Shown here: positions 18,961 through 28,102 of the stretch, piece after piece
Position numbering within the stretch: position 1 is the stretch's first letter
Layout: each line of letters starts with the position of its first letter
Source of the DNA: Planctomycetota bacterium
GTDB lineage: Bacteria > Planctomycetota > GCA-002687715 > DRQF01
Direction: 5' to 3'
Length of the DNA stretch: 64,000 nucleotides
NCBI GenBank assembly: GCA_036479435.1
Contig: JAZGFI010000103.1
Location: 64,001 to 128,000 of the forward strand
Notes under the pieces: model-generated
What the model was told of the DNA's origin: nothing
The model's input: the letters and a program-made list of their open reading frames with translations, nothing else
Databases searched by the model: none
Program-made: the position numbers and the translations under genes

Positions 18961-20271
18961 GTGTCCCAAAACGACCACCACACCACCGATCTCACCAAAG
19001 CTTTTGAAGTTGAGGAAAAAGCCCTCTACGGGCTCAGCCCCTTCGAAGCTGCTTCTTACTTCTTTGACCTTGCCGCGGCGCACCTGGGGCTTTCGGAATC
19101 TTCCGCGAGCATCCTGCGGACGCCGTATCGCGAGATCAACGTCCAGCTTCCCCTGCTGCGCGACGACGGCCGCACGATGCTCAACTTCGTGGGATACCGC
19201 GTGCACCACAATGGCGCTCGCGGGCCCTACAAGGGCGGCATCCGCTATCACCCCGATGCCAATGCCGACGAAGTTCGCGCTCTCGCGGCGCTGATGACCT
19301 GGAAAACGGCTTTGGTCGATATTCCCTTCGGCGGCGCCAAGGGCGGCATCGACTGCGATCCAAGTGACCTCTCGACGAGTGAGATGCGTCGTCTGACCCG
19401 AGACTTCACGCGCAAAATCCGCATGATTATCGGGCCTTACCGCGACATCCCGGCCCCTGACGTCGGCACCAACGCCCAAGTCATGGCTTGGATGATGGAT
19501 GAGTACGGCCGCAGCGCCGGTCACTCCCCCGCCGTCGTCACCGGAAAACCGATCGAACTCGGCGGCTCCTTGGGTCGCAACGAGGCGACCGGGCGCGGCG
19601 TCGCCATCATCACCCGTCTGGCTTGCCGCGACGCGGGCGTCGAACTCAAAGACGCGCGCATCGTTATTCAGGGCTACGGAAACGTGGGGACTTTTGCCGC
19701 CTTTTTCCTCGATGAGATGGGCGCGAAGATTACCTGTGTATCGGACGTCAACGGCGGTATCTGCAACGATGATGGCATCGATCTTAAGGCCCTCAACCGG
19801 CACGTTGACAACAAGGGCACGGTCGTGGGCTACACCGGTTCGGAGCCAATCTCCAACACTGAGCTCTTGGCGCACCCTTGCGACATCCTCATTCCCGCTG
19901 CTCTCGGTGAGGTCATCCGCAAACGCAACTGTGACCAAGTCGACTGTAAAGTCGTCATCGAGGCTGCCAACCACCCCATCACCCCGTTCGCCGACAAGGC
20001 CCTCAACGATCGCGGCATCTTGGTCGTCCCGGACATCCTCGCGAATGCCGGCGGCGTCACCTGCTCCTACTTTGAATGGACTCAAAACATCCAGCAGTTC
20101 CGTTGGGATTTGGGCACCATCAATACCGAACTCGAAAAGACCTTGACTCGTGCCTACGAGGAAGTGAAATCCACCTCCGACCGCGAACAGATCAGTCAGC
20201 GCTTGGCCGCCTTCATCGTGGCTGTCGAACGCGTCAGCCGAGCCTCTCGCTTGCGCAGTTACGGCGAATAA
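18961..20271 (+). CDS. gdhA: Glu/Leu/Phe/Val dehydrogenase (glutamate dehydrogenase)
   Basis: 'GPYKGGIRYHP', 'MTWK', 'PFGGAKGG', 'DIPAPD', 'QGYGNVG', 'NAGGVTCSYFEW'. Confidence 0.95.
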   Translation: MSQNDHHTTDLTKAFEVEEKALYGLSPFEAASYFFDLAAAHLGLSESSASILRTPYREINVQLPLLRDDGRTMLNFVGYRVHHNGARGPYKGGIRYHPDANADEVRALAALMTWKTALVDIPFGGAKGGIDCDPSDLSTSEMRRLTRDFTRKIRMIIGPYRDIPAPDVGTNAQVMAWMMDEYGRSAGHSPAVVTGKPIELGGSLGRNEATGRGVAIITRLACRDAGVELKDARIVIQGYGNVGTFAAFFLDEMGAKITCVSDVNGGICNDDGIDLKALNRHVDNKGTVVGYTGSEPISNTELLAHPCDILIPAALGEVIRKRNCDQVDCKVVIEAANHPITPFADKALNDRGILVVPDILANAGGVTCSYFEWTQNIQQFRWDLGTINTELEKTLTRAYEEVKSTSDREQISQRLAAFIVAVERVSRASRLRSYGE

Positions 20272-20304
20272 CCGCCCCTAAGGACCGAATAATTATTTCC
20301 CAGC

Positions 20305-20331
20305 TCAAGAACTAGACTAGGGGGCCGATCA
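20305..20331 (+). promoter_or_regulatory. Putative sigma28 (FliA)-type promoter
   Basis: TCAAG-N14-GCCGATCA, one mismatch from TCAAG-N14-GCCGATAA, about 80 nt upstream of a FliD-like gene. Confidence 0.7.
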
Positions 20332-20412
20332 TCAAGGATCGGCCTCCAGTTCATGCGCGAGCGTGGCTTGGCGAACGATGAGAAACCGGTCTCTTGTTCG
20401 GAGTTTTGAGCC

Positions 20413-22119
20413 TTGCCTATTTCCGGCGTCAACGCGGCTGAAAATCCTCTCAGCAATTTTCGAATTCGATCGAATACGATTTCATTACGCCGGCCCCCCG
20501 TTCCCAACCCGCGACGTGAGGCTTCACTTGAAAATGCCGCCTTGCGTTCGTTCTTGCGCCGGATCGACCGTCTTCGGGGTAACGTGGACGAGCTCGGAGA
20601 TTCCGTAAAGCGACCCCGCCCTACTGACACGGGGGAAGGAGCTTCTGTGACCAGCGGAAGTAACGTCAACCTCGTATCTTTGACGACCCATGCCACGCTG
20701 ACCTCAGATCGAGAGATCAACGATGTGCCGACTTCGTTCACCCCTTTCACCCCGGAGTTTTCCGCCCCTTTGAGCACGGCGACGGTCACGGTTGGCGGCG
20801 AGTACGGCGGACAGCAAGGCGATGACGTCCTGACGGTCGTCGCGACAGTTGCGGGTGATGTTGGCGTGGGGACCGGGCCCAAGTTCGGTGTTCTTGACGG
20901 GCTCGGCAATCAGGTCGACGTCTTCTCCTTGGGATCGAGCTATGTCCCGGGTGAGGCGATCACCCTTTCGAATGGATTGGAACTGAGTTTTGAAGCTGGC
21001 TTCGTCCAACAAGACGACAGTTTTGACATCGAGGTGTCCACCGCTGTACCCTCGGCGGTCGATTCGTCTGCAGCATTCAATGGTACCGGCGCCAACAACC
21101 CTAACTTTGAACCCGGGGTGACAGTGACGGCCGGGTCGATCGAGATCAACGGCACCACGATCAACGTCGCGGCCAACGACTCAATCGACACCCTGCTGCA
21201 AAAGATCTCGACTTCAAACGCGAAGGTCAATGCCAGCTACAACGCGCAAACTGAACGCATCGAGTTGATCAGCCAAATCGCTGGGTCGGCGGGCGATATC
21301 GTTCTGGGCACCGACACGACCGGGTTTTTTGCCGCAACAAAACTCGACACGGGGATCTCCACCGCCGGGAACGACGGGTTTCAAGGCGACGTCGACAGTA
21401 GGATTGCAGACATCTCTAGCCTTAACGGTATTTCGAGCGGCACCTTTGAGGTCAATGGCGTTACGCTCAACGTGGATGTCGACAACGACAGCCTGCAGGA
21501 TGTCATCGATACCATTAATGCGAGCGGCGCTGGAGTGACGGCGAGTTACGACGCTGAGAATGCGGACATCTCCATCGTTTCGAACTCCGGCGGCAGTATC
21601 GTTCTCGGCGACGGCACCAGTGATCTTTTTAGCGTCTTGGATGTCTCTACTGGAGTCAGCATCTCGCCTCGAAGAAATGGCGGCAACGCTGGCAACCCTC
21701 AGGTGATCTCCGACGCTTTCGAGAATATTACCCGGGAGTTCAACCGATTGTTTTCTGACCTCGGCGGCGTCTCTCCCCTTCAGCGCAATCTCGCGAATAT
21801 CGACTTCAAGGGGGCTATTCGCGGTGCCTTTCAGCAGGCTTTCGGCGAGTTTTTAGGCGGCGACGAACTCGACACCGGGATTGGCATCGTCTTTGACTTC
21901 AGCGATGACGCAGATGAGTTGCTGCGTTTTGACGAGAGTGAGTTTCGCTCCTCGTTGCGTTCGAAGTCCGTTCGTGCCTCGCAGTTTTTAGGCGATGAGA
22001 AAGTTACCGGTGGCCGCGGTGGGCTTGCCACGCGGTTTGCCGACGCCATCAAGAGAATCGAGGATCGGGTTCAAGATCGGCTTGGAATTCTGGGCGGCGT
22101 GCTCGACATCTTGGCCTAA
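20413..22119 (+). CDS. FliD/flagellin-like protein with two hook-IN motifs
   Basis: 'IEINGTTINVAANDSIDTLLQKI', 'FEVNGV....DNDSLQDVIDTINASGAGVTASYD'; FliD_C-like 'GIGI...LRFDESEF..SL'; no signal peptide. Confidence 0.7.
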   Translation: MPISGVNAAENPLSNFRIRSNTISLRRPPVPNPRREASLENAALRSFLRRIDRLRGNVDELGDSVKRPRPTDTGEGASVTSGSNVNLVSLTTHATLTSDREINDVPTSFTPFTPEFSAPLSTATVTVGGEYGGQQGDDVLTVVATVAGDVGVGTGPKFGVLDGLGNQVDVFSLGSSYVPGEAITLSNGLELSFEAGFVQQDDSFDIEVSTAVPSAVDSSAAFNGTGANNPNFEPGVTVTAGSIEINGTTINVAANDSIDTLLQKISTSNAKVNASYNAQTERIELISQIAGSAGDIVLGTDTTGFFAATKLDTGISTAGNDGFQGDVDSRIADISSLNGISSGTFEVNGVTLNVDVDNDSLQDVIDTINASGAGVTASYDAENADISIVSNSGGSIVLGDGTSDLFSVLDVSTGVSISPRRNGGNAGNPQVISDAFENITREFNRLFSDLGGVSPLQRNLANIDFKGAIRGAFQQAFGEFLGGDELDTGIGIVFDFSDDADELLRFDESEFRSSLRSKSVRASQFLGDEKVTGGRGGLATRFADAIKRIEDRVQDRLGILGGVLDILA

Positions 22120-22195
22120 ACCACCGAGATCACTTTTCAATAAACTAACCATACGGTGTTAGTCGCAATTCTCCCAGCAAATCGCGCGATCGCCT

Positions 22196-23440
22196 TTATC
22201 GCCGTTGATCCAAATACTCCGCGAGCTTGTCGTACTGCCGGTGCAGGTCGTGCTCATCGACGCCGAGAGGGTTTTTGAAATAGCAGGCCAGCTGCGGCAT
22301 GAGGCCAGCTTCGCCTCTGCCCTTGGCAAAGTCCGCAAGCCGGACCATGTCGAGAACCAAGGGTGCGGCGAGGATGGCGTCGCAGCCCTGCCAAGTGAAC
22401 TGCAGGCTCATCTTGTAGTTCAAAAAACCAGAGAAATGGATGAAGTCCCAGGCCGTCTTGAGGTCGTTTAGGGATGGCACGTAGTCGATCGCAACATGGG
22501 TGTGTAAGGGGTAGCCGAGGATTTGCTCCAACAGCCCGTCCTTAGTCGAGATCTTGGCTTTTTTGTTGGCGTCGTCGGCAAGCACTTCGCCGTCGCGATC
22601 CCCAAGGATGTTGTAGCCCTGCCAGGTTTCAACTTTAAGGTTGCGGTGTTTAAACATCGGCGCGAGCGCGCTCTTAACCAAAGTCTCGCCGGTCTTGCCA
22701 TCGTTGCCCATGACGGGCACGCCCTTTTTCAGCGCCAATTTTAGATGCGCCGGGGTAAGACCAGCATTGCTCGGGGCAAAGTTGAGATAGGCGTATCCGG
22801 ACTCAATCGCGGCCCAAGCGTAAAGGCTACTGGCGCGAAGCGCTTTGCGATCGTCTGCCGCAATCAAACGTTTGAGCCCCGCCGGCGTTGCGTGCCGTTT
22901 GTCGAGTTCCAAGGGAGGCTCGGTCGACGCGACGTTGACGACGATGACGTCGCGTAGCCCTTCGCGGGATTGAAAGTCCTTCAGGTCCGCTTTGATGGCC
23001 TTCAGCTGCTCGGCGAGAGTCAGTTGCTTGCTGTGAGTCTTGGCTTTGCGGCTCGCGATTTTCGAGATGGCATCGCCACAATTGACGACCGTGCCGAGCC
23101 GTAGATTGGCTTGGAAGACTTCGAGTTCGGAGCGGATCTCTTGCAGCGGTTCCAAGGGAATCGTGCTGGTTTCGCGGTAGATCTCGTAGGCGCTCTCATA
23201 AAGATCAACCGGGCGAACGTCGTGCCCGCCAAACACTAGGTCGTCGAGAGCCGCAAAGCCAAAGCCACTGAGCGCCTCAGTTTCCGTCATGATCCCGGTT
23301 GCGGGTACCAAGCCTTTGGCGACCAGCTGAGTACCAGCGATAACCGTTGTGGCCAGTCCCCCACCCATTCCGATGATCCAGACCCCGAGCTTGCCTCGAG
23401 CGGAAGGCTTTGTCTTCGACTTGCGTTTTTTGGCCGGCAT
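22196..23440 (-). CDS. ino1: myo-inositol-1-phosphate synthase
   Basis: 'VFGGHD', 'NVASTEP', 'GNDGKTGETLVKS', 'NILGDRDG', 'KTAWDFIHF', 'LAAPLVLD'. Confidence 0.92.
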   Translation of the reverse strand: MPAKKRKSKTKPSARGKLGVWIIGMGGGLATTVIAGTQLVAKGLVPATGIMTETEALSGFGFAALDDLVFGGHDVRPVDLYESAYEIYRETSTIPLEPLQEIRSELEVFQANLRLGTVVNCGDAISKIASRKAKTHSKQLTLAEQLKAIKADLKDFQSREGLRDVIVVNVASTEPPLELDKRHATPAGLKRLIAADDRKALRASSLYAWAAIESGYAYLNFAPSNAGLTPAHLKLALKKGVPVMGNDGKTGETLVKSALAPMFKHRNLKVETWQGYNILGDRDGEVLADDANKKAKISTKDGLLEQILGYPLHTHVAIDYVPSLNDLKTAWDFIHFSGFLNYKMSLQFTWQGCDAILAAPLVLDMVRLADFAKGRGEAGLMPQLACYFKNPLGVDEHDLHRQYDKLAEYLDQRR

Positions 23441-23448
23441 TCTTGCCC

Positions 23449-25170
23449 CTACTCCTTTGTTGCCCCACGGTCTTCGCTAAGACGGCCATCATTTGCTGAC
23501 AGCTCCGTCCAAGGATCTCCCGCGGCAAGGGGAAATCGTCGACCGCGCCCGAAGGCTTTCTTCGTGACCCGAAGACCGGGCGGCATTTGACGTCGTTTGT
23601 ATTCGTTGTGGCGCACTAAACGAAGAACGTCTCTTACGCAGTTAGGTTCATGTCCGCGTGCGACGATCTCTGCTGGGCTAAGTCCGTCTTCGATAGCCGC
23701 CTCGAGGATGTCGTCAAGCACATCATAGGGCGGCAAGCTGTCGGTGTCGGCTTGTTCAGCGCGCAGCTCTGCGCTAGGTGGTCGCTCAATGCTGCGCCGG
23801 GGGATGGGCCCGCCCGAGGTTTCGTTCCAGCGCCGGGACAAAGCGAAAACACTGGTCTTCGACAAGTCCGCGATCGGAGCCAAGGCCCCACACATGTCGC
23901 CATACAAAGTGCAGTATCCGGTCGCCAACTCAGACTTGTTGCCGGTGGCTAACAGTAAGGCCTGAGTTTCGTTGGCGAGGGCCATCAAGAACAAGCCGCG
24001 GATGCGCGGTTGGATGTTCTCGTCGGTTAAAGGCGAAAGTTCGGCGCCAAGTACGGACCGCATCGAGTCGCCAGTCGCCAGGTGAACGGCTTCGATCGGC
24101 ATGATTTTGAAATCGATGCCCAGGTTGCGGGCGAGTTCGGCGGCGTCGTCTTCGCTCATGTCAGCGGAGAATCGGGAAGGCATCGCAACGCCGGTGACGT
24201 TTTTTGCTCCCAAGGCTTTGGTGGCCAAAACCGCGACAAGGGCGGAGTCGATCCCGCCCGATAGTCCCAGAATGACTCGCTCGAATCCCGTCTTGTGCAC
24301 GTAGCCCCGGATGCCGCAAACCAAAGCGGCTGCGATTTCGTCTAGCTCCGCGGCGCCCTGAGTTTGATGGCTTTCTAAAGGCGACAATTCACCGTTCGCT
24401 TCGTCGTCGAAGTAGACGATGTCCGCGTTGAATCCGGCCGCACGAACGAGGACGCGCCCTTTAGCATCAACTGCCGTCGAGTGGCCGTCAAAGATCAGGT
24501 CGTCGTTTCCGCCGACCAAGTTACATAGAGCCAAGGGGCGATTGAATCGTTGAGCGAGGCGACGCAAGAGTCTCTCGCGATAGGCTGGTCGCCCTTTTGC
24601 GTAAGGAGATGCCGACAAGTTGCAAATGAAATCGGCGCCCGCGGTGACCAAACTCAGTGGCGGATCGCCTTCGTAGCGCGGGCGAGCGAGTCCGTGTTCT
24701 TGCTCGCCCCAAATGTCTTCGCAGATCGTCGCCCCGATGCTTTTGCCTTCGAAGGTCCACAAGGATGGCGGCGCTTCTGTTGAGAAATAGCGCGCCTCGT
24801 CAAAGACGTCGTACTCTGGCAGCCAAGACTTGGCGACCCGGCCGAGCAGGCGACCGCGTTCGGCAAAAACGGCATCGTTGGAAAGTGCTTTGCCGGCGGC
24901 CGTGTTCGCTCGTCTGCTGGTGCTGCCGAAGATGATCCGTACGCCTTGGGGCAACTCGGAGATGAGTTGTTGTTCCTCAGCGTGAATCAAGCGCAGAAAA
25001 CCGGCGTCGCCGAGCCAGTCTCCCGGCGAGTAGCCGGGAAGGGCGAGCTCAGGAAAGATCAGCAGCCGCGCCCCCGCCCCGGCGGCCTCACTTGCGGCAT
25101 CCCGCAAGAGGACCCGGTTTCGCGCGGGGTCGGCCTGCACGGAGTCGATTTGGCAAAGTGCCGTTTTCAA
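23449..25170 (-). CDS. nadE: Glutamine-dependent NAD+ synthetase
   Basis: Nitrilase domain (FPEL, K..LP.Y.VFDE, ICEDIW) plus 'LSGGIDSA', 'TGNKSE', 'YCTLYGD'; start taken at TTG 25170 (LKTALCQ). Confidence 0.95.
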   Translation of the reverse strand: MKTALCQIDSVQADPARNRVLLRDAASEAAGAGARLLIFPELALPGYSPGDWLGDAGFLRLIHAEEQQLISELPQGVRIIFGSTSRRANTAAGKALSNDAVFAERGRLLGRVAKSWLPEYDVFDEARYFSTEAPPSLWTFEGKSIGATICEDIWGEQEHGLARPRYEGDPPLSLVTAGADFICNLSASPYAKGRPAYRERLLRRLAQRFNRPLALCNLVGGNDDLIFDGHSTAVDAKGRVLVRAAGFNADIVYFDDEANGELSPLESHQTQGAAELDEIAAALVCGIRGYVHKTGFERVILGLSGGIDSALVAVLATKALGAKNVTGVAMPSRFSADMSEDDAAELARNLGIDFKIMPIEAVHLATGDSMRSVLGAELSPLTDENIQPRIRGLFLMALANETQALLLATGNKSELATGYCTLYGDMCGALAPIADLSKTSVFALSRRWNETSGGPIPRRSIERPPSAELRAEQADTDSLPPYDVLDDILEAAIEDGLSPAEIVARGHEPNCVRDVLRLVRHNEYKRRQMPPGLRVTKKAFGRGRRFPLAAGDPWTELSANDGRLSEDRGATKE

Positions 25171-25502
25171 GCTGATCTTTCGGATACCAAGGGTCTGTGG
25201 TCGCACCATCGGGGTTGGAGCCACGAAGAAGCCCCCTGTTGTACGGCCTGGCTCGGCCGCGATAAAGGCCCTGAGCTTTCGGGGTTCGGGCCCGTGCGGG
25301 GATTTCCGGCCCACTCGCTTGCCCCCCTGTCGTTACCTGGAGGGAACGTGTTTCGGTTTCGTAACAGGTTTGAATCCATGATTGGGGCCTATCATCGAGT
25401 CCTCGGCCTTGGCATTAAAGGTTGATGTGCCTTAACCAACGCCATTTCAACAGGTTAGGATGATGTAATTCGAATTCAGTCATTTGGCCCTATCCATCAT
25501 TC

Positions 25503-25518
25503 TGGCATCTCCTTTGCT
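25503..25518 (+). promoter_or_regulatory. Sigma54 -24/-12 promoter of HEAT gene A
   Basis: TGGCATCTCCTTTGCT (GG-N10-GC); IHF-like TTTCAA-N4-TTA about 50 nt upstream in AT-rich DNA. Confidence 0.75.
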
Positions 25519-25612
25519 TTAGTTAACCGGAAAGACGCTCGATCCCCGGCTGGTTTGCCATGCCGATCGCGACGTTTTGCCAAGCAGTCCATAGAGACAC
25601 AGGAGACAGGCA

Positions 25613-27562
25613 ATGAAGAAACTAGTATACCTTTCCTCCTTCATGGGGACTTTTCTGCTAGTGGCGAGCCTCGCGTTCGCTCACGGCGGTAATTACACCG
25701 GACCTGGCGGTACGGGATCCGGCGGCGGATTCTCACCTTCAGGTGGTGGTACTCCCGGCCCGGGTCCTGGACCCGGCGGTGGTGGTACGACCGGTGGCGG
25801 TTCTAACGGCGGCGGCGCGACCGGCCCTGGCGGCGGTCTTCCCGGTGGTCCGACCGGACCTGGCGGCGGTGGCGGCGGCGGAAATGCTGGCGGACCTGGC
25901 GGCGGACTCGGTGGTGGCGGCGGTTCGACGCCCGGCGCTCGCAAGGCCGCCAGTGACGCGAACGTCACTTGGGCCGCTTGGTGGTTCTTCAACGATGATC
26001 GCTTCTTGAACCTCAAGGCGAAAGTTCGCGCCGACGAAGCGCAAACCGAAAACGCCGACTTGTTCCTGGGTGAAGACACCTCCGATGCCGGTAGCAACCG
26101 AATGCCCGCGAAGAAAATTCGCGAAGGTGTGTTGCCGGTTCTGCGCCTCGCGTTGAAGGACTCCTTCTACGACACGCGCGCTGCGGCCGTGATTGCCCTC
26201 GGCAAATGTGGCATGGGCGATGACCTCGCTGAAATCAAGTCTGTCCTCAACGACCGTGACAAACGTGTCCGCGAATCGGCAGCGTTGGCGATGGGGATCC
26301 TTGGCGACAAGGAAGCCATCCCGACCCTCATCGAGATCATGAACAACACCAAGTCTGCGCGGAAATTGCTTCGCAAGGGCGGTGAAATTCTTCCCCGTAC
26401 TCGTTCGTTCGCGGCTATCGCCATTGGTTTGATCGGTCGTCGTACCGACATCTCCGATACCGAAGGAACGCGCGCCCTCATCAAGCTCATGAACGACAAG
26501 AGAGCCACCAAGGCGCAAGTCGACCTCGCGGTCGGACCGATCGCCGCTCTCGGAATCATGAAGTCGAAGGAAGCCATTCCCGAGCTCGTCAAGTACTTGA
26601 AGAACTCCAACAACCGCACCGTGGCCCGCTCGTTTGCAGCGACCTCGCTCGGCAAGATTGGTGATCGTTCGGCTCTTGAGCCGCTGTTGAAGTGCTTGAA
26701 GGACAAGCAGAACGCGATCGTTCAGTCCTCGACCATGGCTTTGGGTCAAATCCTTGAGCCCTCTGACACCAAAGAAGTGAAGCGCGTGAAGAAGCTCGTC
26801 TCGACGAGTGCTGACCTTTCGGTCAAGAACTTCGCGATCATGTCACTCGCTCAAATCGGTGGCGACGAAAACCGTCAGTTCATCACGAGACTCGTGACCA
26901 AGGGTAAGGCTTTGCAAAAGCCCTTCGCTTCGCTCGCGGTCGGCGTGTTCTACTACAACAACCCCGATTTCCTTCACCGGGAATCTGCGGCCAAGATCAT
27001 CCACAAGGAGTTCAAGAGCACCAAGAACCCCTCGGATCTCGGCGCGCATGCGATCGCTTTGGGTCTCATGAAGTACGACGCCGCTGGCGCCGACATTCTG
27101 AAGATCCTCAACAAGGGTGGCCAGGCTTCGCTTCGTCAGCACCTTGCGATCTCACTCGGCCTCATGGACTACCGCGATTCCATCAAGGACATCCGGGAGA
27201 TCGTGAAGGAAAAGGGTGATGTTGACTTGCGACGGAACTCCGCCATTGCTCTCGGTCTCCTCGGCGACCGTGGTGCCATGAAGTTCCTCAGCGAAGAAAT
27301 CGCGAAGTCCTCGAACACGCAGCCGGTTCTCGGCGCCGTGACTCGTGGCCTCGGATTCATCGGTGATGCGAGTGCGGTTCCGTTGTTGACGAAGATGGTC
27401 AAGGATTCGAAGAAGTTCAAGGACAACACGCGCGCCTTCTCGGCCGTGGCCTTGGGCTTGCTGGGCGACAAAGATCCCCTGCCCTTCACCGCCTCCATCT
27501 CTGAGAACAACAACTACATCCAGCGGACCGATGCGATCCGCGAAGTCCTGACGATTCTCTAA
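25613..27562 (+). CDS. Secreted HEAT-repeat protein with Gly/Pro-rich N-terminal linker (copy A)
   Basis: AGGAG RBS; signal peptide ending AFA|HGG; about 90-aa G/P tract; many 'R..AA.ALG.LGD' HEAT_2/PBS repeats. Confidence 0.9.
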   Translation: MKKLVYLSSFMGTFLLVASLAFAHGGNYTGPGGTGSGGGFSPSGGGTPGPGPGPGGGGTTGGGSNGGGATGPGGGLPGGPTGPGGGGGGGNAGGPGGGLGGGGGSTPGARKAASDANVTWAAWWFFNDDRFLNLKAKVRADEAQTENADLFLGEDTSDAGSNRMPAKKIREGVLPVLRLALKDSFYDTRAAAVIALGKCGMGDDLAEIKSVLNDRDKRVRESAALAMGILGDKEAIPTLIEIMNNTKSARKLLRKGGEILPRTRSFAAIAIGLIGRRTDISDTEGTRALIKLMNDKRATKAQVDLAVGPIAALGIMKSKEAIPELVKYLKNSNNRTVARSFAATSLGKIGDRSALEPLLKCLKDKQNAIVQSSTMALGQILEPSDTKEVKRVKKLVSTSADLSVKNFAIMSLAQIGGDENRQFITRLVTKGKALQKPFASLAVGVFYYNNPDFLHRESAAKIIHKEFKSTKNPSDLGAHAIALGLMKYDAAGADILKILNKGGQASLRQHLAISLGLMDYRDSIKDIREIVKEKGDVDLRRNSAIALGLLGDRGAMKFLSEEIAKSSNTQPVLGAVTRGLGFIGDASAVPLLTKMVKDSKKFKDNTRAFSAVALGLLGDKDPLPFTASISENNNYIQRTDAIREVLTIL

Positions 27563-27581
27563 GGACTGGATGCTCACTTTG

Positions 27582-27619
27582 ACCGGGCGAAGTCTGAATG
27601 GACTTCGCCCGGTTTTTTT
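27582..27619 (+). terminator. Strong intrinsic terminator after HEAT gene A
   Basis: 13-bp perfect stem accgggcgaagtc/gacttcgcccggt followed by a T run. Confidence 0.9.
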
Positions 27620-27639
27620 GTGCTCGCCCCAAGCCGCGG

Positions 27640-27815
27640 AGACGCTCAGCCTCGCGCCAATTGTGAACGCTGCGCTCGCCGTTGGCGTATCTTACGACAC
27701 CGTTCCCGATTTCGATCTTGGTAAGCAAACCGCCGAGCGTCGCCTCAACGTGTTCAAAGAAACCTGTGATCCCTCAAGACGCGATGCGATCGGCGAACTC
27801 CTGAAGATTCTCTGA
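27640..27815 (+). pseudogene. Collapsed remnant of a third HEAT paralogue
   Basis: One frame carries SLAPI / ALAVGV...PDF-x13-FKETCDPS / DAIGELLKIL*, colinear with SLAQI / SLAVGV...PDF-x13-FKSTKNPS / DAIREVLTIL* of copy A, with large internal deletions. Confidence 0.75.
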
Positions 27816-27994
27816 TTCGCATCCTATCGGCGAGGGCTCTTCGCGCTGGCCTTAGTGCTAAGGGAAGGAAGCGTTACGGCGGAGTCACGCCGTTACCAAC
27901 AAATCCCATTGCCGATGAACGGGGCTTTGCGCAGCTGGACGTTCAACGGCCTCCAAAGGCCTCTGCTTGCCGATAGGGCGCTCCGTGCGCCTTC

Positions 27995-28010
27995 TGGCAC
28001 CCTCTTTGCA
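27995..28010 (+). promoter_or_regulatory. Sigma54 -24/-12 promoter of HEAT gene B
   Basis: TGGCACCCTCTTTGCA (GG-N10-GC) at the position equivalent to that of copy A. Confidence 0.78.
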
Positions 28011-28102
28011 TTTGCTTGGTAGACACGCTCGATCCCCCAGCCGGATTGCTCCGCCGATCGTGACCTTCTGCCATGTGGTCCCAGTGACCCCGGAGAAACG
28101 CC

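Noticed and set aside
18919..20085. 388-aa antisense ORF over gdhA
   Set aside because: Same codon-bias artefact; fully overlaps a well-supported gene.
22144..22163. ACTAAC-N8-GTTAGT palindrome (TetR-operator-like or dif-like)
   Set aside because: Lies between convergent 3' ends, arms are only 6 bp, and it does not match dif.
25690..25935. Collagen-like domain in the HEAT proteins
   Set aside because: The Gly/Pro tract lacks sustained Gly-X-Y periodicity; treated as a flexible linker.
25693..26749. Pro-rich and other antisense ORFs over HEAT gene A (and 28183-28554 over gene B)
   Set aside because: Mirror of the Gly codons on the coding strand.
27570..27815. 81-aa ORF as an independent novel gene
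   Set aside because: Its start lies before, and it runs through, the strong terminator; its 3' part is explained as a HEAT-gene remnant.
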